Origin: an uncultured Actinomycetota bacterium
GTDB lineage: Bacteria > Actinomycetota > Actinomycetes > JAHEKZ01
NCBI GenBank assembly: GCA_963829525.1
Contig: CAWHIJ010000003.1
Span: 2,336,001 to 2,400,000 of the forward strand
Length of the DNA: 64,000 bases
Reading direction: 5' to 3'
Numbering within the stretch: position 1 is the stretch's first letter; each line of letters begins with the position of its first letter. This document shows positions 54,943 through 64,000 of the stretch, in pieces. The position numbers and the translations under genes were made by a program. Under the pieces are notes generated by a model. It saw only the letters and a program-made list of their open reading frames with translations. It was not told the DNA's origin and ran no database searches.

Positions 54943-55665
54943 CTACTGCGAAAGAGCCACCTTCAGCTCGTCCGAGGACTCGTATCTGGTCCAGTCGGAT
55001 CCTTTTCGGACGTGGACGCCGCCACGGCCGACGACCTGCCACCGCTCCCCATCCCCGATCATCGCGGTCTGCTCGTCCACGCCGATCAACAGATCCTCGC
55101 CAGGTACCGTGCGCATCATGTGATCCACGAGCCCAGGTGCGAAGCGATCCAGCATGTCCCAGTGCGGACCGAGCCACGCGTGCGGAAAGAGCTCAAGGCC
55201 CTGTCGCCAGAGATCTGGAGAGAAGTCCTCGACGCTGCTGTCCGGAGCCTTACGACCCAGGCATGCCATCCCGGCGCTGCAGCCGATGTAGCCCATACCT
55301 CGGTCCAGCCCACTGACGATGGCCCGCCAAAGTGCGGTGCCCTTGAGTGAGGCGGCCAGGTAGGCCGGGTTACCTCCGGAGAAGTAGACGAGGGACGCCG
55401 TTTCCACCCGCTCGGCGATCGACCTGTCATCAGCATCGGTCCGGTCCCGCACCTCGAGAAGCTCTGCGGTCATATCTGCCTCCGCGAAGTGGGCCAGCCC
55501 CGCCTCCGCCCATCCGCTGAACATCTCATCACCCTCCGGCGCCGACGCCGTGGGCACGATGAGCACCCGGCCATCACCGGTCACTCGATCGAGCAACCAG
55601 GCATCGACCTCGTGCGACCACGGCTGGAACTCACCGGAGCCGAGCAATCCGAACCATCCGCTCAT
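54943..55665 (-). CDS. Peptidase S51 (peptidase E/cyanophycinase-like)
   Basis: LLGSGEF, YFSGGNP, GCSAG, GPHWD, GVDEQTA. Confidence 0.82.
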   Translation of the reverse strand: MSGWFGLLGSGEFQPWSHEVDAWLLDRVTGDGRVLIVPTASAPEGDEMFSGWAEAGLAHFAEADMTAELLEVRDRTDADDRSIAERVETASLVYFSGGNPAYLAASLKGTALWRAIVSGLDRGMGYIGCSAGMACLGRKAPDSSVEDFSPDLWRQGLELFPHAWLGPHWDMLDRFAPGLVDHMMRTVPGEDLLIGVDEQTAMIGDGERWQVVGRGGVHVRKGSDWTRYESSDELKVALSQ

Positions 55666-55755
55666 TCGCTCATCCATTCTGCGCATCGGAGGGACTGCCG
55701 TGCCATGGCAGGGCTCCACTGATCCTCACCGAAAGAGGCGGCCAACCAAGCCATC

Positions 55756-56811
55756 ATGGTGATCAGCCCGTCGGGAGCGAAGGTACCGCCACACCAGGGA
55801 ACCGGCAGAGATCGATCAAGGAAGATGCCCGAGGCGTCGATATCTGGACTGACCCCGACGACGCCAACCTCTGGACTCGGCATGTATCCACCCGATGACT
55901 CCCCCTGTTGGGATGGCACGTGGACGCCCGTCGCACCCCTGGTGGACCTCTGGGCCCAGAGCGCACTTGCGCGGACCGCCGCTGTTCTCCCGCCGCTACA
56001 CCCTTGGCGGATGGAGGACGACACCAGTTCGCACCACGCGCTGCTGTGGGCCGGGGCCCCCATGGCGACACCGACCTCCAACTCTGACGCCAAGGATGGA
56101 GGAGTCGCGGTATTCGTGCAGACCGCACCTGCGCCATCTCTTCCTCTGGGCGACACTGAACCCGACATCGATCCGTTCAGCGACGCAGTGATGGCTATGG
56201 CAGCCGTAGCGAGGATCGATGACCCCCAGTTGCGCGCCGAAGGATCCAACGAGTTCATACCCCTCGACCATGGGGTACGGCGCTGGGTGGGAGGAATGGC
56301 GAAGCTCGTTGGTGCGTGGCTGCCAGACCTGGTGATCTTGCCGCGGCGGCCCGGCGACATCAACGGTCATGACACCGACTGGGAGACGGAGTCCTTGGCG
56401 TTTGCGTCACAACACTCTGTTCATACCTCAGATGTCCGGTTTGCATCCGATGTCCTGGCACCACATGTGATGGCGCTGATCTTGGACGGCGTCCCAGATG
56501 ACGCTGCCGTTACCGTGTCAGGAAACGCAATCCATGTCTGGTGGGAGTACACCCCAGACAGTCGCCTCGACCTGCGGCGGGCGCGCCACACAGTCGACAC
56601 AGCTTTCCAGATCCGGCATGCCCTTCCGTCCTTCGTCCTTGCGGCGTACCCCGACCACTCTGACCAGGTTGAGCAACGCCTCGCCCAACGTGCCGCTGAG
56701 GGGGCTGCCTACCGCGCCGCACGGGTTGCGGGGCACGCCAGTGACCCCACCCTGCAGCGCATCTACTCTCAGGCTCAGGCGACCTATGAGCTCGGTCAGC
56801 GACCCGAGTAG
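55756..56811 (+). CDS. Hypothetical protein, DUF3137-like C-terminal segment (start uncertain)
   Basis: Fills the gap; ETESLAF...VHTSDVRFASDVLAPHVMALIL resembles the DUF3137 motif. Confidence 0.6.
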   Translation: MVISPSGAKVPPHQGTGRDRSRKMPEASISGLTPTTPTSGLGMYPPDDSPCWDGTWTPVAPLVDLWAQSALARTAAVLPPLHPWRMEDDTSSHHALLWAGAPMATPTSNSDAKDGGVAVFVQTAPAPSLPLGDTEPDIDPFSDAVMAMAAVARIDDPQLRAEGSNEFIPLDHGVRRWVGGMAKLVGAWLPDLVILPRRPGDINGHDTDWETESLAFASQHSVHTSDVRFASDVLAPHVMALILDGVPDDAAVTVSGNAIHVWWEYTPDSRLDLRRARHTVDTAFQIRHALPSFVLAAYPDHSDQVEQRLAQRAAEGAAYRAARVAGHASDPTLQRIYSQAQATYELGQRPE

Positions 56812-56882
56812 TCCGCGTGGGGGAGCAACCTCCACCACGTCAGCAAGCACTGTTGCCTTGCGGCCCCTTCTATCCTGACAAG

Positions 56883-57794
56883 GTGCTGACATCAGAGGCG
56901 GACGGCTCCCTCAGGCGACAACTGGATGAACGTCCAGTGCTGCTCGACGGTGGGCTTGCCACGACGCTCGAGCTCCTTGGCTACGACATCTCTGGCGACC
57001 TCTGGTCAGCGCAATTACTGCTGGATCAACCCGCAGCCATCGTCGCGGCGCACAGTGCTTTCTTCGCCGCTGGCGCAGAGGTTGCAACAACCGCGTCCTA
57101 CCAGGCAACCTTCGGTGGCTTCGCTGCGCACGGCATCGACCGTCGTCAGACCGCCAAGCTGATGCGGAGGAGCGTCGACCTGGCCCGCGAGGCGTGCGCA
57201 CAGGTGACCGGCCGGCGTACCTGGGTTGCCGCATCCGTCGGACCATACGGTGCGATGCTTGCCGACGGATCGGAGTACCACGGGCAGTACGGGCTGAGCG
57301 TCGCGCAGCTGCGCGAGTTCCACCGGCCGCGCATCGAGGTCCTCGCGGCGGCGGGCGCCGACCTCCTGGCATTTGAGACGCTCCCCTGCGCGGCAGAGGT
57401 GGAGGCGGTGCTCAGTGAGATCGACGAGAGCGGGGTTGAATGCTGGGTTTCGGTGTCGATCGACGGAGCACGGACGAGAGCGGGCGAACCACTCGACGAT
57501 GTCTTTGCGATGGCAGCTGATGTGTCCAGCGTTCTCGCACTGGGCGTCAACTGCTCCACCCCCAGTGATGCCACTGCAGCAGTGGGTGTGGCCGCACACA
57601 CGGGCAAGCCGGTGGTCATCTACCCCAACAGCGGAGAGGGTTGGGATGCTGAGAACCGGAGATGGGTTGCTGCTGACACCGCTCCGCACTTCCCGGTCGA
57701 ACGGTGGTTAGCAGAAGGCGCCCGGCTCGTTGGAGGTTGCTGCCGCGTCACGCCTGCTGACATCTCGGCCATGGCCGTCCAGCTCGGCCAGTAA
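56883..57794 (+). CDS. mmuM: Homocysteine S-methyltransferase
   Basis: LDGGLAT, LWSA, SVGPYGAMLADGSEY, GVNC, YPNSGE, GGCCR. Confidence 0.92.
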   Translation: MLTSEADGSLRRQLDERPVLLDGGLATTLELLGYDISGDLWSAQLLLDQPAAIVAAHSAFFAAGAEVATTASYQATFGGFAAHGIDRRQTAKLMRRSVDLAREACAQVTGRRTWVAASVGPYGAMLADGSEYHGQYGLSVAQLREFHRPRIEVLAAAGADLLAFETLPCAAEVEAVLSEIDESGVECWVSVSIDGARTRAGEPLDDVFAMAADVSSVLALGVNCSTPSDATAAVGVAAHTGKPVVIYPNSGEGWDAENRRWVAADTAPHFPVERWLAEGARLVGGCCRVTPADISAMAVQLGQ

Positions 57795-57804
57795 TGTCGC
57801 CTGC

Positions 57805-58218
57805 GTGAAACAAGTCTCGATACGTGTGCGCTGGGCAGACATGGACGCCTACCAACACGTCAACAACGCTGTTTACCTCAACTACCTCGAAGAGGCTCGC
57901 GACACCGTCATGGTTGGCCTCTTCGGACCCGAGGCGCTCGACTTCGTTCTCGCCCACGTCGACATCGACTTCCGGAATGAGGTCACCCAAGACGACGGCG
58001 AAGTCACTGTGCTGAGCCGGGTGGTCGGCTATGGACGGTCGAGCGTGCGTAGCCGAGAGGTCGTCCGCAAACCTGATGGGTCGCTAGCGGCTGAAGGTGG
58101 CGCCGTCGTCGTTCCACGCGACAACACCACAGGACGCTCGCGGCCCCTGACCAACGCCGAGATCGTTCTCATCGACGCCGAGCTCGCCGCCGACCAGGCC
58201 GCCGGCATCAGCTTCTGA
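57805..58218 (+). CDS. Acyl-CoA thioesterase (4HBT hotdog fold)
   Basis: VRWADMDAYQHVNNAVYLNYLEEAR. Confidence 0.9.
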   Translation: MKQVSIRVRWADMDAYQHVNNAVYLNYLEEARDTVMVGLFGPEALDFVLAHVDIDFRNEVTQDDGEVTVLSRVVGYGRSSVRSREVVRKPDGSLAAEGGAVVVPRDNTTGRSRPLTNAEIVLIDAELAADQAAGISF

Positions 58219-58258
58219 CCTCTCTCAGGGCGTCGATCACGTTACGTGGTGGACCCGC

Positions 58259-59437
58259 TCAGGCTGCCGGCACTTGGCGCGGGAAAGCCAACAGGCCATT
58301 GACGCCGCGCTTGGCGATCTCGTTGCCGATGATGAGTCGCTGGATCTCCGAGGTGCCTTCCCATACGCGGTCGACCCGCAGCTCGCGGTAAAGCCGCTCC
58401 ACCGCGAAGTCCCGCATGTAGCCGCGTCCGCCGTGGATCTGCACGGCCCTGTCGACGACCCGGCCGGCAGCCTCTGACGCGGCAAGCTTCACGACGGCCG
58501 CCTTGGCATGAAGTGTTTTTCGGTCCAGCACGCCTGAGTCGATCTCGCAACCGACCTGGTAGACCAACGTCCGCGCACCGGTCGTGTCCACGATCATGTC
58601 AGCGAGCATCGCCTGAATCAGCTGGTGGCTCACCAATGCACCACCGCCCTGGATCCGGCTTGTTGCGAAGTCGACGGACTCCTCGATCGCGCGGGTCGCG
58701 GCACCGACGGTCCGGGCACCAATCATCAGACGCTCCTCCACGAACCAATCGCGGATGAGGTCATACCCCTGCCCAATCTCGCCAAGCACCTGCTCCGGCC
58801 CGACCTCGACGTTGTCGTAGGTGAACTCGGGGTGTTCGTAGACGAAGGTGTGCGTGTACTTCGGCGTGCGCTTGATTGACAGCCCCGGCGCGTCTCTGTC
58901 GACGATGAAGAGGGTCGGCTGCTCGTCGACCCACGCAAGCGTCAAGATGAAGTCAGCGACATCTCCGACCGTGACGAACCACTTCTCACCATTAATGATG
59001 AAACGGTCACCTTGGCGCTTGGCTGTCGTGCTCATCGCCAGCGGGTCGGATCCGGCGAACTCCTCGGTGACCGCGATGGCATCGCGCTTCTCACCCCGGA
59101 TCCCCGGGAGCAGGTAGCGCTCACGCTGCTCTGGGGTGCAGGCCTTGAGCGCGTTGGCTGGGCGCCACACGGTGTCCCACAACGCGTTCGTCAGCCGGCC
59201 AAGACCCTCGTGATAGAGGATCTGCTCCATCGTGGTCAGGCCGGCCCCTCCCCACTCGCGAGGCATGTTGACCGCCTGCAGGTCGGCGTCAAGGACGGCC
59301 TGCCGGATCGTGGCGTGTGCCTCAGGCGTCAGGCCGTTGTTCATTTCACACTCAAGCTCGTAAGGCTTGATGAAGTCGCAGAGCTCGCGGACCCGGGCGA
59401 TGAGTAGCTGCTGCTCCGGCGTGTAGCTGAAGTCCAT
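58259..59437 (-). CDS. Acyl-CoA dehydrogenase
   Basis: AVTEEFAGSD, INGEKWFVT, QIHGGRGY, VWEGTSEIQR. Confidence 0.92.
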   Translation of the reverse strand: MDFSYTPEQQLLIARVRELCDFIKPYELECEMNNGLTPEAHATIRQAVLDADLQAVNMPREWGGAGLTTMEQILYHEGLGRLTNALWDTVWRPANALKACTPEQRERYLLPGIRGEKRDAIAVTEEFAGSDPLAMSTTAKRQGDRFIINGEKWFVTVGDVADFILTLAWVDEQPTLFIVDRDAPGLSIKRTPKYTHTFVYEHPEFTYDNVEVGPEQVLGEIGQGYDLIRDWFVEERLMIGARTVGAATRAIEESVDFATSRIQGGGALVSHQLIQAMLADMIVDTTGARTLVYQVGCEIDSGVLDRKTLHAKAAVVKLAASEAAGRVVDRAVQIHGGRGYMRDFAVERLYRELRVDRVWEGTSEIQRLIIGNEIAKRGVNGLLAFPRQVPAA

Positions 59438-59443
59438 GACTGG

Positions 59444-61543
59444 CTAGTTCCCCTCGGCTTCAATCTCGACGTCGCGTACGGCGATCGCCCTGGCATCAAG
59501 TGCCACCGCTCCGTGTGCGGTGACCAGTAGCGGATTGACCTCGAAGTCGGCGATCTCCGGATGGGCACACGCAAACAGAGTTATTGCGGCGATCTGCTCC
59601 GAGGCCGCGGCGATGTCTACGGCCGGGCGTCCACGCACCCCGTCCAGCAATGCCGACGTACGCAGCCTCCGAAGAAGATCGGTGGCCCGTGACGCGTCAA
59701 TGGGAGCCAACGAGGTCGCGACGTCGTCGAGCACCTCGGTGAGGATCCCACCACCGCCCACCATGGCAACGGGTCCGAACCGCTCGTCCCTACGAACGCC
59801 AACGATCAGCTCGACACCTTCGCTGGTGTCGACCATCTGCTCAATCGTGACGGCCGGAGGGGTGAGCCGGAGAACCATGGCCCGGTACTCACTGCGAAGC
59901 TCATCGGCATCGGCGATAGCGAGTCTGACTCCGCCGACATCGGTCTTGTGCAGCAAGCCCATTGCTTTGAGTACGACCGGATATTCGATAGATGCGAGCG
60001 CGTACTCGAACTCTGCATCGGACGTGACCAGGTGCGCCTGGGGGAAACTGACCCCGGCCTCGACCAGCGCAGCACGGACCTCCCAGTAGCCGAAAGCGGG
60101 CAAAGGCGGTTCTGGCTGCGGAATCGGCTCCAGCCCGACCGGCGTAACACCAGCCGTCTCACCGAGCGCGATCAGCGCTCCCTCGATCGTGCGGTAGACC
60201 GGGACACCGCGCCCGCGTAGCTCGGTGGCCGCCGACCCCTGCGGGAACATCGAGTGAACGACCAGGGGGCGCCCCGACTCAGACACCGCATCGGCAAGCG
60301 CACCCGCGGTCTCCACCTCGAGCTCGGCCAGTGCTTCACCGTACTGCTCGTAGCCACCGAAGTATCCGCTCACGACCATCGCGTCGACCTCACCGCTAGT
60401 GAGTACCGACCGCACGACTCGACCAAAGCACGACAGGTCCTGCTCCCCCCCGCCGGCCACATCGATCGGATTCACGCTGGTCGCAGCCGCTGGAAGCTCG
60501 GCTGCAACGGTCGTCGCGAGCTCCTGGCTGAAGTGCACCACGCGCAAACCGACAGACTCCGCCACGTCTGCCGCGATCGACGCATGGCCGCCGCCATCGG
60601 TGATGATCGCCACCCTGCGCCCGCTTGCGATCGGGCTCTCCCGGAGGAGCGCAACGGCGTCCACCATCTGCGAAGGTGTGTTGACGCGCACAATTCCACC
60701 GGCCGCACATGCGGCGTCCACCACATCCGACGACGACACCAACGAGGCAGTGTGCGAGGACGCCTGACGGGCAGATGCCTCGCTGGCGCCGACGGTCAAG
60801 AGCACGACGGCCTTGCCCGCATCGCGCGCATCAAGCGCAGCCTGCGCGAAGCGCCTACCGTCGCGGAAGTCTTCGCAGTAGACCGCGATCACCTTCGTGC
60901 TGTCGTGCGAAACGGTCGCCTCGACCAGATCCGCGGCGTCGAGATGAGCTTGGTTGCCCAGGCTGGCAAAGCGCGAGAACCCCAGACCATAGTCATCGAG
61001 CAGCTGGGCCAGCTCGAGCGAGAGGTTCCCGCTCTGCGAGATGAAGGCAACGTCCCCTGGCTGCAGGGGGTTCGATGTGAGGGAGAGCCCCGCTGCAGCG
61101 TCAGACACTCCCAGGCAGTTTGGCCCCAGCAGCACAGCACCAGCTGCCCGGACTCGCTCGACAACGGCCTGCTCGCGCGCTCTCCCCTCGGGTCCGGTCT
61201 CACCGAGACCCGCGCTGATGCCAACAATGGCGCGGGCACCAGCAGCCAGCGCGTCGTCTACGGCGGCCTCAAATGCCGAGGCGGGGACAGCAACCACCGC
61301 AAGGTCGGCGGTGAGCCCGGCCTTCACGAGCGACGGTACTGCGGGGCGGTCGAGTACGACGTCGGTGCGGGCGTTGACGAGGTGAACAGGCACTGGTCCT
61401 GCGAGCGCCCCCTTGGCGACCCAGTTGCCCCACTTGCGTATGTCGTCGCTCGCGCCGATGACCGCGACGCTCTTCGGTGCGAAGAGCGCCTCCAACGCGT
61501 CCGCGTTTGGTGGCCCGGGATCGACCGCGGGTCGCCGCTCCAT
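59444..61543 (-). CDS. NDP-forming acetate/acyl-CoA ligase (alpha-beta fusion)
   Basis: PKSVAVIGAS, LLGPNCLG, SQSG, SHTASL phospho-His, LHKTDVGGV, EVNPL. Confidence 0.9.
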   Translation of the reverse strand: MERRPAVDPGPPNADALEALFAPKSVAVIGASDDIRKWGNWVAKGALAGPVPVHLVNARTDVVLDRPAVPSLVKAGLTADLAVVAVPASAFEAAVDDALAAGARAIVGISAGLGETGPEGRAREQAVVERVRAAGAVLLGPNCLGVSDAAAGLSLTSNPLQPGDVAFISQSGNLSLELAQLLDDYGLGFSRFASLGNQAHLDAADLVEATVSHDSTKVIAVYCEDFRDGRRFAQAALDARDAGKAVVLLTVGASEASARQASSHTASLVSSSDVVDAACAAGGIVRVNTPSQMVDAVALLRESPIASGRRVAIITDGGGHASIAADVAESVGLRVVHFSQELATTVAAELPAAATSVNPIDVAGGGEQDLSCFGRVVRSVLTSGEVDAMVVSGYFGGYEQYGEALAELEVETAGALADAVSESGRPLVVHSMFPQGSAATELRGRGVPVYRTIEGALIALGETAGVTPVGLEPIPQPEPPLPAFGYWEVRAALVEAGVSFPQAHLVTSDAEFEYALASIEYPVVLKAMGLLHKTDVGGVRLAIADADELRSEYRAMVLRLTPPAVTIEQMVDTSEGVELIVGVRRDERFGPVAMVGGGGILTEVLDDVATSLAPIDASRATDLLRRLRTSALLDGVRGRPAVDIAAASEQIAAITLFACAHPEIADFEVNPLLVTAHGAVALDARAIAVRDVEIEAEGN

Positions 61544-62751
61544 CAGCGGGCCACCGCCGCTGACTTGACCGACGTCGGGTAGTGCTCGGCGACGGCTGCT
61601 CGCTTCTCCTCCGAGATCGCAGTGGCCGCCTCACGCGGAGAGATCGCCTCGCGGCGTGCCCGTGTCAGAAGCTGAAGGGTCAGCGGACGTAGGACGCCGC
61701 TGATCTTGGCGAACGAGGCTTCTGCCGTCGGTTCAATGTCAGCGAACGCCACCCACCACCACCAGGCGTTTGTCCCGACGTTGGCCACGAAGTCCGGCAC
61801 CACGGTGACGCCACGCTTGGTCAGGACGGCCTCGGCCTCCGGCATCGTCGCGACGTTGGCAGCTTCGCAGATGATGCTGGCCTTCACGCGGTCGACGTTG
61901 GCAGCAGTGATCACGTACGACATGGCAGCGGGCACCAGAACGTCGGCATCCACATCGAGCCAGTCGTCCCCAGGACGCAGCTCATCACCCGGCTGGAGCT
62001 GGTTGCGGTCGATGACGCCGAACACATCGCGGCTCGTAAGCAGTTCCTCAACGTCCAAGCCTTCGGGGTTGTAGACCAGTCCCTCCTTGTCGGAGATGCC
62101 AACGACACGCACGCCGGCGGCAGCCAGGTAGCGCGCAGTAGCGCCGCCCATCGAGCCGAAGCCCTGCACCACTGCGGTCGCAGAGGCCGGTGCGAGCCCA
62201 CGAAACTCCAGCGCGGCCAGAGCAGTCTCGGCGACGCCGAAGCCGCCGACCAGCTCGCCGAGGCCGACTCCATGAACGGTCTTCGCGAACGCGACCTTCA
62301 GGCGTTCGTGGGCTGCGTCGGCGCCGTCATCGACTAGACCCAGCGCGGACTCGGCCGATGACCGGATGCCCTCTTCAGCGAAGACCTCGTCCATCACGTC
62401 CTGGCGAACCCCGAAATCCTCACCGGTGGCGAAGAGCGCCTCGATCAGCGGCTTCATCGCACGGCCGAACCGGGCGAGCACCTCGCGTGCTCGTGGGTCG
62501 TACGGGTCGCAGTCAATGCCACCCTTGGCGCCTCCCAAAGGGATGTACCGATCGCCCGGCGTGTAGACAACGGCCTCTTTCAGAGTCATCGCCTGTGCCA
62601 GATCGCGCACCTCGTCCAGGGTGACGCCGTCACGCATACGCAGGCCGCCCCCGGCAACGCCCCGGCTCAGGGTGTCGATGACGACGTAGCCCTTGATGCC
62701 GGTGACCTCGTCAGTCCAGGTCAGCTCGAGGTAGGAATCGTGGGTGCTCAA
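61543..62751 (-). CDS. Glu/Leu/Phe/Val dehydrogenase family protein
   Basis: GGLRM, AMTLK, GGAKGGI, VQGFGSMG, EAAN; TTG start overlapping the upstream stop. Confidence 0.88.
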   Translation of the reverse strand: MSTHDSYLELTWTDEVTGIKGYVVIDTLSRGVAGGGLRMRDGVTLDEVRDLAQAMTLKEAVVYTPGDRYIPLGGAKGGIDCDPYDPRAREVLARFGRAMKPLIEALFATGEDFGVRQDVMDEVFAEEGIRSSAESALGLVDDGADAAHERLKVAFAKTVHGVGLGELVGGFGVAETALAALEFRGLAPASATAVVQGFGSMGGATARYLAAAGVRVVGISDKEGLVYNPEGLDVEELLTSRDVFGVIDRNQLQPGDELRPGDDWLDVDADVLVPAAMSYVITAANVDRVKASIICEAANVATMPEAEAVLTKRGVTVVPDFVANVGTNAWWWWVAFADIEPTAEASFAKISGVLRPLTLQLLTRARREAISPREAATAISEEKRAAVAEHYPTSVKSAAVAR

Positions 62752-64000
62752 CGGGGTGATCCTTCCGGTGGGGGCGTTTCTTTGATGACGAGCACCGTCG
62801 GCCCCTGATGGGTCGCGGCCGTACGAAGTTCAGCAATGAGGGCGTCCGGCGTCTCGACAGAGATGCCGCGAGCACCGAGTGCCTGAGCGAGAAGAACGAG
62901 GTCGCGCGGTGGCGCGTCGACTGCTGTTGGCTTCTCGTCGCGCTCGAGCATCTCGGCCCTGATCTCGCCGTAGCCACTGTTGTCGAACACCACGATCGCC
63001 ATGGACAGGTGCTCAGCGGCAGCGACGGCGAGCTCAGTTGCGGTGAACAGCAACCCGCCATCGCCGCTAATGCCGATGATCTGCCGATCAGGAGCGGCCA
63101 GCGATGAACCCACCGCGACGGGAACGGTGAACCCCAACGTTCCGAACCCCGTGGGGAAGTGAAAGCTGGACGCATGCTGCATGGGGAGTACGCCGATCGT
63201 CCCGAAGTAGACGCACATTGCGTTGTCTGTGGCGATCACCGCGTCCGGCGAACGCCCGAGGTCGATCGCGTCGATCCACGGCCGCCAGCGGGAACCGGCC
63301 TCGCCTGACTCGGCAGTGGCGGCCGCACGGAGGTCGGTGACCCACTCGGGAACGCCATCGTCAACGCTCGAGGTCTCGATCGCCGCGTCCAGCTGACCCA
63401 GAACGGTCGCCGCGTCACCGACGAGCATGGTGTCAGCACTGATGTTGACGTCAACCATGGACGCATCGACGTCTATCCGCACGATGTGACCCTTTGGCGC
63501 GAGCATCCCTTGCCACATGTCGGAGTTGCCGAGCTCGGCACCGACCACGAGCAGGACATCGGCAGCATCTGCGGCAGCGACCACCGACGCAGTGCCCATC
63601 CGAGCACCCAGCGCGAGCGGGTGGTGCTCGTCGACGGACCCCTTGCCGTTGATGGTGGTGGCGACCGGGGCGGACAACCGCTCGGCGACGGCGAGCAGCG
63701 CTACCCCCGCTCGACGAGCACCCCCTCCGGCGATGATCATCGGACGCCTTGCTGCCGCAAGTCGCCTTGCGGCATCAGCGACCAGGTCGGCGGGAGCAGA
63801 TGTTGGAGAGGCAAGGTCGGCAGACGTCACGGTGGCGTCACCGATGGCGTCGAGCAGGTCGAGCGGAACCTCGAGATGGATCGGCCGAGGGCGTCCTGCG
63901 GAGAACGAGGCAAAGGCTTCCGCGACGGCGTCGGCGACCTGCTGGTGCGTGGTGACGCGGAGGCACCGGGCCGCGATCCGGTCCATCGCACCGGTCTGGT
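62748..64000 (-). CDS. ThDP-dependent 2-oxo-acid decarboxylase (AruI-like), 5'-truncated by the window edge
   Basis: RPRPIHLEVPLD, FPTGFGTLGF, GDGG...FDNSGYG ThDP motif. Confidence 0.85.
   Translation of the reverse strand, partial: QTGAMDRIAARCLRVTTHQQVADAVAEAFASFSAGRPRPIHLEVPLDLLDAIGDATVTSADLASPTSAPADLVADAARRLAAARRPMIIAGGGARRAGVALLAVAERLSAPVATTINGKGSVDEHHPLALGARMGTASVVAAADAADVLLVVGAELGNSDMWQGMLAPKGHIVRIDVDASMVDVNISADTMLVGDAATVLGQLDAAIETSSVDDGVPEWVTDLRAAATAESGEAGSRWRPWIDAIDLGRSPDAVIATDNAMCVYFGTIGVLPMQHASSFHFPTGFGTLGFTVPVAVGSSLAAPDRQIIGISGDGGLLFTATELAVAAAEHLSMAIVVFDNSGYGEIRAEMLERDEKPTAVDAPPRDLVLLAQALGARGISVETPDALIAELRTAATHQGPTVLVIKETPPPEGSPR

Noticed and set aside
45262-58218. Integrative element or genomic island at tRNA-Arg
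   Set aside because: No integrase or transposase, no distant duplicate of the tRNA 3' end seen, and no obvious composition shift

Overview
High-GC actinobacterial chromosome segment with Streptomyces/Nanopelagicales-like synteny, mostly core genome. Left part (1.5-20 kb): a consolidated ethylmalonyl-CoA/B12 acyl-CoA region (meaB, thiolase, mce, ccr, tandem and single 3-hydroxybutyryl-CoA dehydrogenases, meaA/ecm, pduO) mixed with nucS, murA and a secreted protein-histidine kinase-NarL regulator unit. Middle (21-45 kb): the conserved minus-strand block argS-lysA-hom-thrC-thrB-rho-rpmE-prfA-prmC-tsaC-LMW PTP-glyA-wecA-atpI/Q-atpBEFHAGDC. Right part: accessory genes around tRNA-Arg(CCG) and a truncated amino-acid catabolic operon (ThDP decarboxylase, atypical Glu/Leu/Phe/Val dehydrogenase, NDP-forming acyl-CoA synthetase, acyl-CoA dehydrogenase). 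About ten single-base indels break otherwise intact genes, including housekeeping ones, and are most likely long-read errors. No CRISPR array, integrase, transposase, prophage or rRNA was seen. Best leads: a decayed second copy of the nucS 3' end bracketing a small leaderless ORF, the possible non-glutamate (arginine?) dehydrogenase operon, a trimethyllysine-dioxygenase-like gene directly after atpC, a two-Cys secreted protein coupled to a two-component system, and a probable CTG start for meaB. All product calls come from motif recognition and synteny; no database search was run.
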